Assembly: GCA_016207275.1 (NCBI GenBank)
Contig: JACQPY010000009.1
Location: 27,637 to 91,636, forward strand
Direction: 5' to 3'
Source of the DNA: Candidatus Kerfeldbacteria bacterium
Lineage (GTDB): Bacteria > Patescibacteriota > Patescibacteriia > SBBC01
DNA: 64,000 nucleotides
Position numbers and translations under genes: made by a program. Every line of letters begins with the position of its first letter. Within the stretch, counting starts at the first letter, position 1. Shown here piece by piece: positions 18,526 to 29,744 of this stretch. Under the pieces are notes generated by a model, which had not been told where the DNA came from, searched no databases, and saw only the letters and a list, made by a program, of their open reading frames with translations.

Positions 18526-18912
18526 ATGCTCGTGAACATCTTAGTTGTTATCAATGATGAAGCAGTCGCTGAACTGTACCGACAGAAGCTCGGCGTCGCG
18601 CGCGAACACCAGCTAACGCTCTGCTCGTCGCGCCAAGAAGCACTGGCTCACGCCCGCCGTCAAGCCTTCGATGCCGTCATCGTCCACGGCGACGCCGCTG
18701 ACGCCAAGGGACCGATGGTCATCGTCGCCCTCAAGCAACAGGACGACGCACAGCTGACCATCGGTTTCTGTCCCAATAGCCTGGCGAGGCGTCGCGACTG
18801 GGAGCTGGCTGGCGCCAACGTTGTCCTCGGACCGGAGTTCGACCTGCTCGACCTCCTCAAGGCGCTCGGTGTCCAGTTCCTAGCTCGGCCGCTGTCCCAC
18901 GAGCGGAGATAA
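18526..18912 (+). CDS. Receiver-like (CheY-fold) domain protein, degenerate
   Basis: 128 aa with beta-alpha pattern (ILVVINDE...DAVIVHGD...). The canonical Asp pocket is not obvious. Confidence 0.45.
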   Translation: MLVNILVVINDEAVAELYRQKLGVAREHQLTLCSSRQEALAHARRQAFDAVIVHGDAADAKGPMVIVALKQQDDAQLTIGFCPNSLARRRDWELAGANVVLGPEFDLLDLLKALGVQFLARPLSHERR

Positions 18913-18923
18913 GGAGGCATGCT

Positions 18924-19217
18924 GTGTCGAATTTTCCCAAGCGGATCTTACTGGTAACAGCCGACCTTCCGTTCGTCGCGGAGTTCGCGCGAACCCTGCA
19001 CGATTACTCCTCAGGCGGCAGTCGCTCAGACTTTAACGTGAGTTGGCTCGAGAACGGCGAGCAGGCCCAGACGCAACTCGGTCTGATCAAGCCGCACGTC
19101 GTCGTGGTGACCGCTGAGCTGAAAGGTTCAGTGCCGGGTCAACGTTTCGTCGGCAACATCGAACCAGAACATCGCCAGGCTGATGGCCGTGGTCGGGGTC
19201 TATGGCCTGGTGCCTGA
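18924..19217 (+). CDS. Receiver-like domain protein, possibly frameshifted C-terminus (continues in another frame to 19340)
   Basis: RILLVTADLPFV...KPHVVVVTAEL. A second ORF in another frame (19183-19340) would supply the C-terminal part. Confidence 0.4.
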   Translation: MSNFPKRILLVTADLPFVAEFARTLHDYSSGGSRSDFNVSWLENGEQAQTQLGLIKPHVVVVTAELKGSVPGQRFVGNIEPEHRQADGRGRGLWPGA

Positions 19218-19415
19218 CGACCAGAACATCTGGGACGGCGCCGCGCTGGACGGGCGGCTGCCGGGAGGAAGTTCTTCCGATTTTCCGGCGCTCGTCAACA
19301 CCATCCTGTCCCTCGGCATTTCGATGAGTGCCCGCGAGTAACCTGTTCGTCGGGACCAAACCTACCCCAGGTCCAGTTCATCGGACCTGGGGTGCATCAT
19401 ATTTATTAAAGCCCT

Positions 19416-19445
19416 CTCCTCCCCGCGAAAGCGGGGACCGAGGAG
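19416..19445 (-). terminator. CCCCGC-GAAA-GCGGGG hairpin repeat downstream of groEL (terminator-like)
   Basis: CTCCTCCCCGCGAAAGCGGGGACCGAGGAG lies 30 nt after the groEL stop on the minus strand, followed by CTTTAATAAAT. The same 30-mer occurs inside uvrC. Confidence 0.5.
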
Positions 19446-19475
19446 GGGGCGCTTACGGAGTGAGCGGGGGGGAGA

Positions 19476-21451
<1,976 letters not shown>

Positions 21452-21469
21452 TAGGTTTAAAGGTGATTT

Positions 21470-21496
21470 TTAGCACTCGATAAGGACGAGTGCTAA
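21470..21496 (-). promoter_or_regulatory. CIRCE operator (HrcA binding site)
   Basis: Perfect TTAGCACTC-N9-GAGTGCTAA upstream of groES. Confidence 0.85.
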
Positions 21497-21504
21497 CTAT
21501 CCAC

Positions 21505-21532
21505 ATTCTAGCAACCGGCCAAAACCTGTCAA
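21505..21532 (-). promoter_or_regulatory. Sigma-70 promoter of the groESL operon
   Basis: On the minus strand, TTGACA (-35) and TAGAAT (-10) separated by 16 nt, just upstream of CIRCE. Confidence 0.6.
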
Positions 21533-21544
21533 GAGCGCCGGCGC

Positions 21545-22294
21545 TCAGGGCGCGGCCTTGCCGTTGACTTCGAGGTAGGTCAGCTCCAGGAGGTACGACG
21601 GCGCATTCCTCTCGCCGCTCGCCGGTGCTGTAGCAGCTACCCGCTGGTCGTCGAACGCCCCGGCGACCAGGTAGCCTTCCAGGCGCAGGTGGTTGCCTGG
21701 TCGTAACCGCTGCAGACGCTGCTGCACCGCGTCGTTGGTGGCCAAGACGCGCACGGCCCCGGCCGCAGTCGCGAAGACCGACGGATCAATTAAAGCATCG
21801 GCTGACGTCACGCGCGTCCCGCCGCTGACTGACGCGACGGTTAACGACTTCAAGCGGACGCTGGCGGCTGGTCCCCAAGCCACCACGACTGTCCGCGGGG
21901 CAAACGGTCCGAGGGGACCGGTCGTGGCGTGGCGACCAAGGGCCAGGGCATCAACGCTCCACAGTGCTTCCCGCGAAAAAAGCGCGGAAACGCCGCCGAC
22001 GTTCATTGACACTGACCCGGCGCCGAGAACCGCTGCCTGCTCGGGGTGATCGCTGACCACAAACTGCTGCTGCCATGGCAACATTCCAAACCAGTCACGG
22101 TACCAGGCGTAACCGACGCCGCCGAGGACAACGATGATCGTCAGTAGGCGAAGTGCGTTTCGCCGCCGGGCAATGCTTCGGATATCGTGGCCGGGTAAGG
22201 CCACTTCGCCGTGCAACAGAAAGCCGCACTGAAAACAACGATAACCAGTGGCTTCCGGCGTGTGATTTTCCGTGCCGCAGCGAGGGCACCTCAT
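21545..22294 (-). CDS. Hypothetical membrane protein with N-terminal zinc ribbon
   Basis: 249 aa. CPRCGTEN...CFQCG, then one TM helix and an extracytoplasmic domain. Confidence 0.55.
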   Translation of the reverse strand: MRCPRCGTENHTPEATGYRCFQCGFLLHGEVALPGHDIRSIARRRNALRLLTIIVVLGGVGYAWYRDWFGMLPWQQQFVVSDHPEQAAVLGAGSVSMNVGGVSALFSREALWSVDALALGRHATTGPLGPFAPRTVVVAWGPAASVRLKSLTVASVSGGTRVTSADALIDPSVFATAAGAVRVLATNDAVQQRLQRLRPGNHLRLEGYLVAGAFDDQRVAATAPASGERNAPSYLLELTYLEVNGKAAP

Positions 22295-22370
22295 CCCGTT
22301 AGAGAGCTAGCTGGTAAAGTATTCATCGGGTATTTCATTGGCAATGAATGAATAGCGGTCTCTCTAACGG
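22294..22370. mobile_element. MITE-like element A1 with terminal inverted repeats CCCGTTAGAGAG / CTCTCTAACGGG
   Basis: 77 bp: 12-14 bp perfect terminal inverted repeats around an AT-rich 51-nt core. Confidence 0.55.
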
Positions 22371-22375
22371 GATCA

Positions 22376-22451
22376 TCCCGTTAGAAAGTTAGCTTGATGA
22401 CTTTCACGCATACGAAAACCTATTCATGTTCAGCAGAAGACTTTCTAACGG
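22376..22451. mobile_element. MITE-like element A2 (tandem to A1), inverted repeats CCCGTTAGAAAG / CTTTCTAACGGG
   Basis: Same inverted repeats (one mismatch) but an unrelated AT-rich core. Separated from A1 by ATCAT. Together the two exactly fill the intergenic gap. Confidence 0.55.
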
Positions 22452-22453
22452 GA

Positions 22454-23431
22454 TCATGGTCGAATTTCAGCCAACCGCTGGTAGAAAGCCTGACGATAAG
22501 CCGCCCGTCGGTCGCGTTCATGAAACTTCAGCACCTCGTCGGTTACCACCACCTCGGTCGTACCGGCTGACCGGCGGCTCTCTTGTTTACCGCTCATCAC
22601 CAAAAGCTGCAAACGCTTAGCCAACCACTCGGTCAGTGCGCCGAGCGGCGTTGACAGTAGCGATTCCGGCACGGCGCGGACAAGCGGCGTGATCAGTCCA
22701 TTACCGAAGCGTGGGCTCGGCGTACCGATCAGGCCGTGCGGCAGACGATCGACCACCCAACGGTTGGCTCGTTTGAACGCTTCCCAGCGGCCGCCGCGAT
22801 CGAACAGTGGCACCACTTGAGCAGTCCAGTAGGTCAGGTACACGTCGTCGTCATCGCCGGCCAGCCGCAGCGAGTCAAGGTCGAGCGCGGCCTCACTGAC
22901 GTAGAAGCTCAAGCAGATGCGATCGGTTACGCGCAAACCGTGCCGACGGATTCCCAACAAACTGACGACCAGCGTCACCAGTAACCTCGTCAACCATAAC
23001 CGATTGCGGCCAGCGACAATGAACAAATCAATGTCGCTCTCCGGGCGGGCGTTGTCTAAGGCCAAGGTGTTTACCACCCCAATGAATTGGACGAACGGGA
23101 CCAATCGCAAGAACCGGGCCGCCAGCTCGGCGCGTCGCCACTTGCGTTCGTTAGCCGCATGTCGTTCCAGGCGCGTCGCCACAATCCTTGAGCGTCCGCG
23201 CCGGGTAATGAACTCGCCAGCTCGATCAACCACCGCCGCGCGCTCGAGCGCCTGGACTGCCCGCTCCACGTCAGCTGGCGTCGCCCTCGTGATTGACTCC
23301 CAGTCCCTCGAATCAGCCAGGTATAACCAGCGCCACAACTCTTCCACCCGGAGCGGGTAGTCAAAGACGTCGTGGTAGGCGAGGGCCGCAATAACCGCTT
23401 GTTCCAGTGGACTCAGTAAACGACTGGGCAT
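22454..23431 (-). CDS. Hypothetical protein with nucleotidyltransferase-fold core
   Basis: 325 aa. GVVNTLALDNARPESDIDLFIV resembles the minimal NTase G[SG]x9-13DxD motif. Confidence 0.5.
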   Translation of the reverse strand: MPSRLLSPLEQAVIAALAYHDVFDYPLRVEELWRWLYLADSRDWESITRATPADVERAVQALERAAVVDRAGEFITRRGRSRIVATRLERHAANERKWRRAELAARFLRLVPFVQFIGVVNTLALDNARPESDIDLFIVAGRNRLWLTRLLVTLVVSLLGIRRHGLRVTDRICLSFYVSEAALDLDSLRLAGDDDDVYLTYWTAQVVPLFDRGGRWEAFKRANRWVVDRLPHGLIGTPSPRFGNGLITPLVRAVPESLLSTPLGALTEWLAKRLQLLVMSGKQESRRSAGTTEVVVTDEVLKFHERDRRAAYRQAFYQRLAEIRP

Positions 23432-23474
23432 ACCTAATGGGCAGTGTACTCCAGGCGCGGCTGATCCTCCAGGC

Positions 23475-26400
23475 CTAGCGCACGGCTACCCGTTTCTTGG
23501 CGTTGCTCTTTTTGGTCAGGACTCTGACTGACGGCGGCACAACCGATTTGAGGTACTGACCAGTATACGAGCTGCCGACTCGAGCCACCGCCGTTGGCGT
23601 TCCGGTGGCCACGATATCCCCTCCTTTATCCCCGCCTTCCGGTCCGAGATCAATAATCCAGTCGGCGCACTTAATCACCTCGAGGTTGTGCTCAATGACC
23701 AGCACCGTATTTCCTTTGTCGACCAGCTGGTTGACGACGCCCAGCAGCCGCTTGACATCGTCAAAGTGCAGGCCGGTCGTCGGTTCATCGAGGATGTACA
23801 ACGTCCGACCAGTCGCCCGGCGCGACAACTCGGCGGCCAGCTTGACCCGTTGCGCTTCGCCGCCCGACAGGGTGGTCGCCGGTTGTCCGAGGTGGATGTA
23901 GCCCAGGCCAACGTCGAACAGGGTTTTCAGCTTCTGGTGAATGGCCGGAATGTGTTCGAAAAACTTCATCGCTTCTTCAACGGTCATGTCGAGGGCGTCG
24001 GCAATGCTCTTGCCTTTGTAGAGAATCTCCAGCGCCTGTGAATTATACCGCTGACCTTTGCACTCTTCGCACTCAACGTAGACGTCGGGGAGGAAGTGCA
24101 TTTCAATTCGGACTACGCCGTCGCCTTCGCAGGCTTCACAGCGGCCGCCTTTGACGTTAAACGAGAAGCGACCCGGTCCGTAGCCGCGGATGCGCGCTTC
24201 CGGTACCTGGGTGAACAGGTCACGAATGTAGGTGAAGACGCCAGTGTAGGTGGCTGGATTCGACCGCGGCGTTCGGCCGATCGGCGACTGATCAATGTCA
24301 ATGACCTTGTCGAGGTGCTGCAGCCCGACAATTTCCTTATGCTTAGCGGGCAGGTCCTTCGCCCCGTAGAAATGGGCGTTGAGCGCCTTAGCCAGGATTT
24401 CGGTCATCAAGGTTGACTTGCCAGAACCAGAGACGCCGGTAATGCAGACAAACTTGCCCAAGGGGAAAGCAACGTCGATGTTTTTGAGGTTGAAGGCGGA
24501 CGCGCCTTTGATGGTTAGGACCTTGCCGTTCCCCGGCCGGTACGATTTCGGCGGGTCAATCCGCAACTTGCCGGTCAGGTATCTGCCGGTCAGCGAATCC
24601 GCGTTCGCCATGATTGCTTTAGGGCCACCTTGGGCGACGACCTCGCCGCCGTGTTCGCCGGCACCGGGACCGATGTCAACAACTTCGTCGGCTTCGAGGA
24701 TGGTGTTTTCGTCATGCTCAACGACGATCACCGTGTTGCCCAGGTCGCGGAGCCGCTTGAGCGTGGCGATCAGCTTGTCGTTGTCCCGCTGGTGCAGGCC
24801 GATCGACGGTTCATCCAAGATATACAGGACGCCAACCAAGGACGAACCGATCTGTGTCGCCAGCCGAATGCGCTGGGCTTCGCCGCCGGCCAGCGTCGAA
24901 GCACTGCGGTCGAGGGTCAGATAGTCGAGTCCGACGTTGTGCAGGAACTGCAGGCGGCTGCGGATCTCCTTCAAAATTTGATGGCTGATTTTCTGATCAC
25001 GTTCCGACAACCGGACGCTCGGGTCTTTTGCCTTGGGGTTGCCGAGGTGGTCAAAGAACTCCATCGCCTGCTCGATGGTCAAAGCCGCGACCTCGGCAAT
25101 GTTCTGACCGCCGACGGTGACCGACAACGCTTCGGGCTTCAAGCGCTTACCGACACAGCGCTGGCAAGGGAAAACGCGCATGTACCGTTCGATTTCGGCC
25201 CGCATGTATTCCGACTCGGTCTCGCGGTAGCGCCGCATCAGGTTGGGAATCACCCCTTCGTAGGTCGTGTAGAACTCGCGGACTTTGCCCAGGCCGGACG
25301 AGTTGTTGACGTCGTACATGGCCTCACCCGTACCGTAGAACACCGTTTCGAGCGCCTTCTTCGGCAGCTTCTCGACCGGTTCGTCCAACGAGAATTTATG
25401 CTGGCGGGCGACAGCTTCGAGCACCCGGTAGTACCAGGTCTGACTCGAACTGGTCCGCGACCACGGGCGGATCGCGCCTTCGGCAATGGTCAGTCGCTTG
25501 TTCGGAATGACCAGATCTGAATCAACTTCCAGCCGCGTACCCAGGCCGGTACACTCAGGGCAAGCGCCGTGCGGTGAGTTGAAAGAAAAGGTCCGCGGTT
25601 CCAGGTCAGGTAGGTTCGTGCCGTCGTACGAGCAGGCAAAGTGCTCGCTGAACATCAACTGGTCGCCCGCCGGTACCAGTTCCGTGCCTTGCGACTTGAG
25701 CTTTTGAATGAAGACCAAGCCCTCGCCAAGCTTGAGGGCCGATTCAACTGAATCATAAAGTCTCGTTTTTTCCGAGTCCTGTTCTTTCTCCTCGGCGTCT
25801 TCGCCAATGGTCAAGCGGTCGACCACAACTTCAATTCTATGCTTCTTCTGTTTGTCGACTTTCAGGTCCTCGGCTTCGTCCACCGAGTAGATTACGTTGT
25901 CAAAACGAACGCGGACGTAGCCGGCCTTTCTCACTTCGGCGATTAAATTTTTGTGCTCGCCCTTCTGGTCGCGAACGACCGGCGCTAAAATCACGATCTT
26001 GGTGCCCGTCGGCAGCCGTCGAATGTTTTCGACAATCTGCTCGACCGTCTGCTTCGACACCACCCGGCCGCACTTCGGACAGTGGGGAATGCCGATTCGG
26101 GCGAACAGCAAGCGCAGATAATCGTAAATCTCCGTGACCGTGCCGACGGTTGAGCGCGGGTTGTGGGTGGTTGACTTCTGGTCAATTGAGATGGCTGGGC
26201 TGAGTCCCTCTATTTGGTCGACGTCCGGCTTGTCCATCAACCCCAAGAACTGCCGGGCGTAGGCGGACAGCGATTCGACGTAGCGACGTTGACCCTCGGC
26301 GTAGATGGTATCGAACGCCAAAGACGACTTGCCCGAACCGGACAAGCCCGTAAAAACGATGAGTTTATTTCGCGGCAGCTCCAGGCTGATGTTCTTCAGG

Positions 26401-26501
26401 TTGTGCACGCGGGCGCCGCGGATGACGATTTTGTCCGGCGAGTTTTGCTTTGTCAAAGCCATAAAAAGCGTGAAGCTGAAGCAGTATACACCCCTTGTCA
26501 A
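23475..26501 (-). CDS. uvrA: Excinuclease ABC subunit A
   Basis: 1008 aa. Two ABC ATPase modules ([24 protein letters not shown]) and zinc fingers. Confidence 0.95.
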   Translation of the reverse strand: MTRGVYCFSFTLFMALTKQNSPDKIVIRGARVHNLKNISLELPRNKLIVFTGLSGSGKSSLAFDTIYAEGQRRYVESLSAYARQFLGLMDKPDVDQIEGLSPAISIDQKSTTHNPRSTVGTVTEIYDYLRLLFARIGIPHCPKCGRVVSKQTVEQIVENIRRLPTGTKIVILAPVVRDQKGEHKNLIAEVRKAGYVRVRFDNVIYSVDEAEDLKVDKQKKHRIEVVVDRLTIGEDAEEKEQDSEKTRLYDSVESALKLGEGLVFIQKLKSQGTELVPAGDQLMFSEHFACSYDGTNLPDLEPRTFSFNSPHGACPECTGLGTRLEVDSDLVIPNKRLTIAEGAIRPWSRTSSSQTWYYRVLEAVARQHKFSLDEPVEKLPKKALETVFYGTGEAMYDVNNSSGLGKVREFYTTYEGVIPNLMRRYRETESEYMRAEIERYMRVFPCQRCVGKRLKPEALSVTVGGQNIAEVAALTIEQAMEFFDHLGNPKAKDPSVRLSERDQKISHQILKEIRSRLQFLHNVGLDYLTLDRSASTLAGGEAQRIRLATQIGSSLVGVLYILDEPSIGLHQRDNDKLIATLKRLRDLGNTVIVVEHDENTILEADEVVDIGPGAGEHGGEVVAQGGPKAIMANADSLTGRYLTGKLRIDPPKSYRPGNGKVLTIKGASAFNLKNIDVAFPLGKFVCITGVSGSGKSTLMTEILAKALNAHFYGAKDLPAKHKEIVGLQHLDKVIDIDQSPIGRTPRSNPATYTGVFTYIRDLFTQVPEARIRGYGPGRFSFNVKGGRCEACEGDGVVRIEMHFLPDVYVECEECKGQRYNSQALEILYKGKSIADALDMTVEEAMKFFEHIPAIHQKLKTLFDVGLGYIHLGQPATTLSGGEAQRVKLAAELSRRATGRTLYILDEPTTGLHFDDVKRLLGVVNQLVDKGNTVLVIEHNLEVIKCADWIIDLGPEGGDKGGDIVATGTPTAVARVGSSYTGQYLKSVVPPSVRVLTKKSNAKKRVAVR

Positions 26502-26642
26502 GAAGGGTCAAGATACGCCTCCCATCTTCGAGGGGAGGGGAGGAAGTCCCGACGCGCTTCGCGGTCGGGACGACGGAGAGGGGTTATACTATCCCCCTGG
26601 ATCCAGCGCCTTTCACAAAAGGTGCTGGAGACGGGAGGGGGT

Positions 26643-26722
26643 CAACCCCGTTAGAGAGCCGCTTGAAAACACAATACTAAGGATTAAACACACGCTCAAT
26701 ACAAAGGACTCTCTAACGGGGT
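26643..26722. mobile_element. MITE-like element B with inverted repeats (TTGA)CCCCGTTAGAGAG / CTCTCTAACGGGG(TCAA)
   Basis: Same terminal inverted repeats as A1/A2, different AT-rich 54-nt core. Sits in a palindrome-rich region upstream of uvrA. Confidence 0.55.
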
Positions 26723-26848
26723 CAAGCCCTATAGCATGAACCCCCGAACGCATAACGCCCGGGGGTCTGAAAAGGATTCAATTGATAACGATCGCTGACC
26801 ACCACCTTACGTTTAATCACCTCCTGATGAACCTGATGTTCACCTCCT

Positions 26849-26971
26849 TCACGGATCACTCGGTTCATGATCGTCCGGCCCGAACACCAGCTCGAGCAGA
26901 AAAACCCCGACTATCGCCAGGATTTCCCAGGATGTGCGCCACAGACCAAAACGACGCCTGGCAAAGCTCAT
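26849..26971 (-). CDS. Tiny hypothetical membrane protein (40 aa)
   Basis: MSFARRRFGLWRTSWEILAIVGVFLLELVFGPDDHEPSDP with GAGGTGG about 9 nt upstream. Below the ORF-track size cutoff. Confidence 0.4.
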   Translation of the reverse strand: MSFARRRFGLWRTSWEILAIVGVFLLELVFGPDDHEPSDP

Positions 26972-27021
26972 TACCACGGCCCACCTCTCTTTCTCTTTCT
27001 CTTGATCCTCCCCTACCAGTA

Positions 27022-27168
27022 CTATTCAAGGTCGATCGTTTTCACGAATTCCTTGGTTCGGTGCGGATGCAGCAGGAACGAAACCGCCAGCAACATCGCC
27101 AGAAAGATAACGTAGGCGTACCCCCGGAGAATATCTCCAACCTTCGTCTGGTCGTGATGGGTCGTCAT
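27022..27168 (-). CDS. Tiny hypothetical membrane protein (48 aa)
   Basis: MTTHHDQTKVGDILRGYAYVIFLAMLLAVSFLLHPHRTKEFVKTIDLE with strong RBS GAAGGAGATGAGCG upstream. Not in the ORF track because it is under 60 aa. Confidence 0.5.
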   Translation of the reverse strand: MTTHHDQTKVGDILRGYAYVIFLAMLLAVSFLLHPHRTKEFVKTIDLE

Positions 27169-27186
27169 CGCTCATCTCCTTCAGAC

Positions 27187-27420
27187 CTACAACGCCGGCT
27201 GTTCGTCGGAGATAGAAACGGACACCTCTTCTGTACAGCGGTCGCAGCCGTAAACCGCCGCCTCCTGTCCCCTAACTATCCGGTTGCCCCGGTACTTCAA
27301 CCTTCCGCGGCACGTTTCATCCGGGCACGGATCGAGCAGCGACCGAAAGAATCGTCGAATCCCCCAGCCAACGAGGATAACGGCAACGACCAGAATGGTT
27401 AAACCAATTTTCCACCACAC
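27187..27420 (-). CDS. Small membrane protein with CPDETC...CDRC cysteine pairs (77 aa)
   Basis: N-terminal TM helix then a 4-Cys zinc-ribbon-like tail. GTG start with GAGG upstream. Confidence 0.5.
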   Translation of the reverse strand: MWWKIGLTILVVAVILVGWGIRRFFRSLLDPCPDETCRGRLKYRGNRIVRGQEAAVYGCDRCTEEVSVSISDEQPAL

Positions 27421-27444
27421 GACTAACCTCTTTGTTGTTGGTGT

Positions 27445-27627
27445 TCAGGATGGCTGTCCCGAACACTGATCCACATCGCGATCGCCGATGCGCCACCAGG
27501 TGAACAGTAGTGCCCCGAAGGGTAGGCCGATGAATAGAACAGAAGCGATCCGCTGGACAACGGCGAGCGCGCCGATGACCGCAAGAACGACGACGATGGC
27601 TACTGTGCCAATCACGTATCCAATCAT
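27445..27627 (-). CDS. Tiny hypothetical membrane protein (60 aa from internal ATG)
   Basis: MIGYVIGTVAIVVVLAVIGALAVV... with two TM helices. GGGAGGTG RBS 11 nt before the ATG at 27627. The longer ORF start at 27678 is less likely. Confidence 0.5.
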   Translation of the reverse strand: MIGYVIGTVAIVVVLAVIGALAVVQRIASVLFIGLPFGALLFTWWRIGDRDVDQCSGQPS

Positions 27628-27846
27628 TTTCAAAGGGCACCTCCCTGTCGAGCACTTCATCCACGACGCCTGCTTCACCGTTTCGACGCTTGCGGTATAC
27701 TCTTGTTATTACTGTTCGTCAAGCACTGACGCGGGCTGCAACATATTCCCCTCCTAGCGTAGGCGGGGACGTCACGAAGTGACGGGGCAGGCACGAAAAC
27801 CAACACCAACAAAATCTACCGTTTTCCTCCGTGCTATACTTTTGCC

Positions 27847-29688
27847 GTGCCAACGACAGCAAAATTCCGTTCCGCCCTGACCAAGCTACCCCGCCAACCC
27901 GGCGTCTACTTATTTAAAGATGACACTGACGCCGTCCTCTACGTTGGCAAGGCGAAATCTCTCAAACCACGCGTCCGCAGTTACTTTCAGCGCTCGGCCT
28001 CACTCGATCCAGCCAAACGGGTCATGGTCAATCGCGTGGCCGACCTTGAATACATCATCGTTGACTCCGAAATCGAAGCGCTGCTGCTTGAGTCCACGCT
28101 GATCAAGAAGTACCGTCCGCCGTACAACGTCATCTTTACCGACGACAAATACTACCAGTACATCCGCCTGACGCTCAAAGACGACTTCCCGCGGGTCGAT
28201 ACTGTTCGTCGGATCACTAAAGACGGCAGTCGCTACTTCGGCCCGTTTACCTCCAATTACGCCCTCAAGCAAACGCTCAAGTTGCTCAAACGAATTTTCC
28301 CGTTTCGCAGCTGCACTGAACCAGCCGACCGTCTTTGTTTTGACGCTCGACTGGGCCGCTGCCTGGGCCATGACTTCGGGCCGAACAGCCGCCAGCGGTA
28401 TGCCGACGTCATCCGCGGACTGATTCGGTTTCTGGAAGGCGACGTAACCAGCACGCTCCGCGACCTCAAGCAGGAAATGCAGGAGGCGGCGGCCAAGCGC
28501 GAATTCGAGCTGGCCGCCCGGTTGCGCGACCGAGTCTACGCCATTCAAAAAGTTGTCGCCGAGCAGAAGGTCGTTTCCACCAAGCTGGAAAACGAAGACT
28601 ACCTCGGCCTGGCCCGGGTGGCTGATCTAACCACGGTGGTCGTTTTTCAAGTTCGGCTGGGCAAGCTGCTCAACCGGTCGACCGTCATGCTCCAGCACAC
28701 CGAAGGAACGTCCGACACCGACGTGCTGGCCTCGTTCATCAGTCAGTACTACGCCCAGTCGACCGACCACCCGCGCACCGTCGTCACCCGTTTACTGCCA
28801 ACTGACAGCACCACGCTTGGCCGCGCCCTGCAGCTCCGGATTGAAGCGCCCAACCGCGGTCGGCGGCGCAAGTTAGTGCGGCTGGCCGAGTCAAACGCCA
28901 AAGACTACCTCGAACGCAAACAGCGCGAGTGGTTGTCCAAAGAAGCCCGCGCCAAGCTCGGCTTGGCAGAGCTGCAACACGCTCTCCTGCTAACCGAGCC
29001 GCCTGATCGCATCGAATGCTACGACATCTCCAATGTCCAGGGTACGAACGCCGTCGGCTCGCTGGTGGTGTTCGAACGCGGGTTGCCGAAGAAATCGGAC
29101 TACAAGAAGTTTCGCATCAAGACCGTGGCCGGCGCTAACGACTACGCCATGCTGCAGGAGGTCCTAAAACGACGGTTTGAAGGCCATTCCCCTCCTCCCC
29201 GCGAAAGCGGGGACCGAGGAAGGGACACGGCGAAGCCGAGGGGAGGAGTCGCAAAGCGACAGGAGGGGTGGGAGAATCCCGACCTCATCATCATCGACGG
29301 CGGCAAGGGCCAGCTCAACGCATCATTGGTCATCCTGAGGAATCTCAGGATCTCAATTCCCACCATCGGCTTAGCCAAACGCGAAGAAGAAATCTTCCGG
29401 CCGGGACAAAAAGACTCAATCAAGTTATCGAAGGATTCCGAAGGCTTGTTCCTGGTTCAGCGCATCCGCGACGAAGCGCACCGTTTTGCCATCGGCTACT
29501 ACCGGAAGCGGCACGGCACCGCCACCACCACATCGCTGCTTGACGAAGTGCCGGGCATCGGACCGACGACGAAGCGTCTCCTCCTCCAGCGCTTCGGAAG
29601 CATTGAGCACATCCGAGCTGCGGAGGACGCAGTGCTCGAAGAGCTCATCGGAAAGAAAAGGACGGAACTCCTTCGTCAGTACCTCTAG
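27847..29688 (+). CDS. uvrC: Excinuclease ABC subunit C, with an in-frame repeat insertion
   Basis: 613 aa. GIY-YIG region (GVYLFKDDTDAVLYVGKAKSLKPRVRSYF), UvrBC domain, RNase H-like and HhH. An insert HSPPPRESGDRGRDTAKPRGGVAKRQEGWEN separates RRFEG from PDLIIIDGGKGQ. Confidence 0.95.
   Translation: MPTTAKFRSALTKLPRQPGVYLFKDDTDAVLYVGKAKSLKPRVRSYFQRSASLDPAKRVMVNRVADLEYIIVDSEIEALLLESTLIKKYRPPYNVIFTDDKYYQYIRLTLKDDFPRVDTVRRITKDGSRYFGPFTSNYALKQTLKLLKRIFPFRSCTEPADRLCFDARLGRCLGHDFGPNSRQRYADVIRGLIRFLEGDVTSTLRDLKQEMQEAAAKREFELAARLRDRVYAIQKVVAEQKVVSTKLENEDYLGLARVADLTTVVVFQVRLGKLLNRSTVMLQHTEGTSDTDVLASFISQYYAQSTDHPRTVVTRLLPTDSTTLGRALQLRIEAPNRGRRRKLVRLAESNAKDYLERKQREWLSKEARAKLGLAELQHALLLTEPPDRIECYDISNVQGTNAVGSLVVFERGLPKKSDYKKFRIKTVAGANDYAMLQEVLKRRFEGHSPPPRESGDRGRDTAKPRGGVAKRQEGWENPDLIIIDGGKGQLNASLVILRNLRISIPTIGLAKREEEIFRPGQKDSIKLSKDSEGLFLVQRIRDEAHRFAIGYYRKRHGTATTTSLLDEVPGIGPTTKRLLLQRFGSIEHIRAAEDAVLEELIGKKRTELLRQYL
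29185..29280 (+). repeat. In-frame GC-rich hairpin-repeat insertion inside uvrC
   Basis: Contains the 30-mer CCTCCTCCCCGCGAAAGCGGGGACCGAGGA, identical to the groEL-downstream copy at 19416-19445, plus a second hairpin GTCGC-AAA-GCGAC. Confidence 0.7.
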
Positions 29689-29744
29689 AACAAACGCGCG
29701 GTCTCCCGCGCGTTGTGCTTGAACTCACGATGAGATTGTCGTAC

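Noticed and set aside
26782-27402. 206-aa plus-strand ORF between uvrA and uvrC
   Set aside because: It is antisense to three small minus-strand genes that have proper RBSs and TM helices. It is low-complexity and Arg/Pro-rich.
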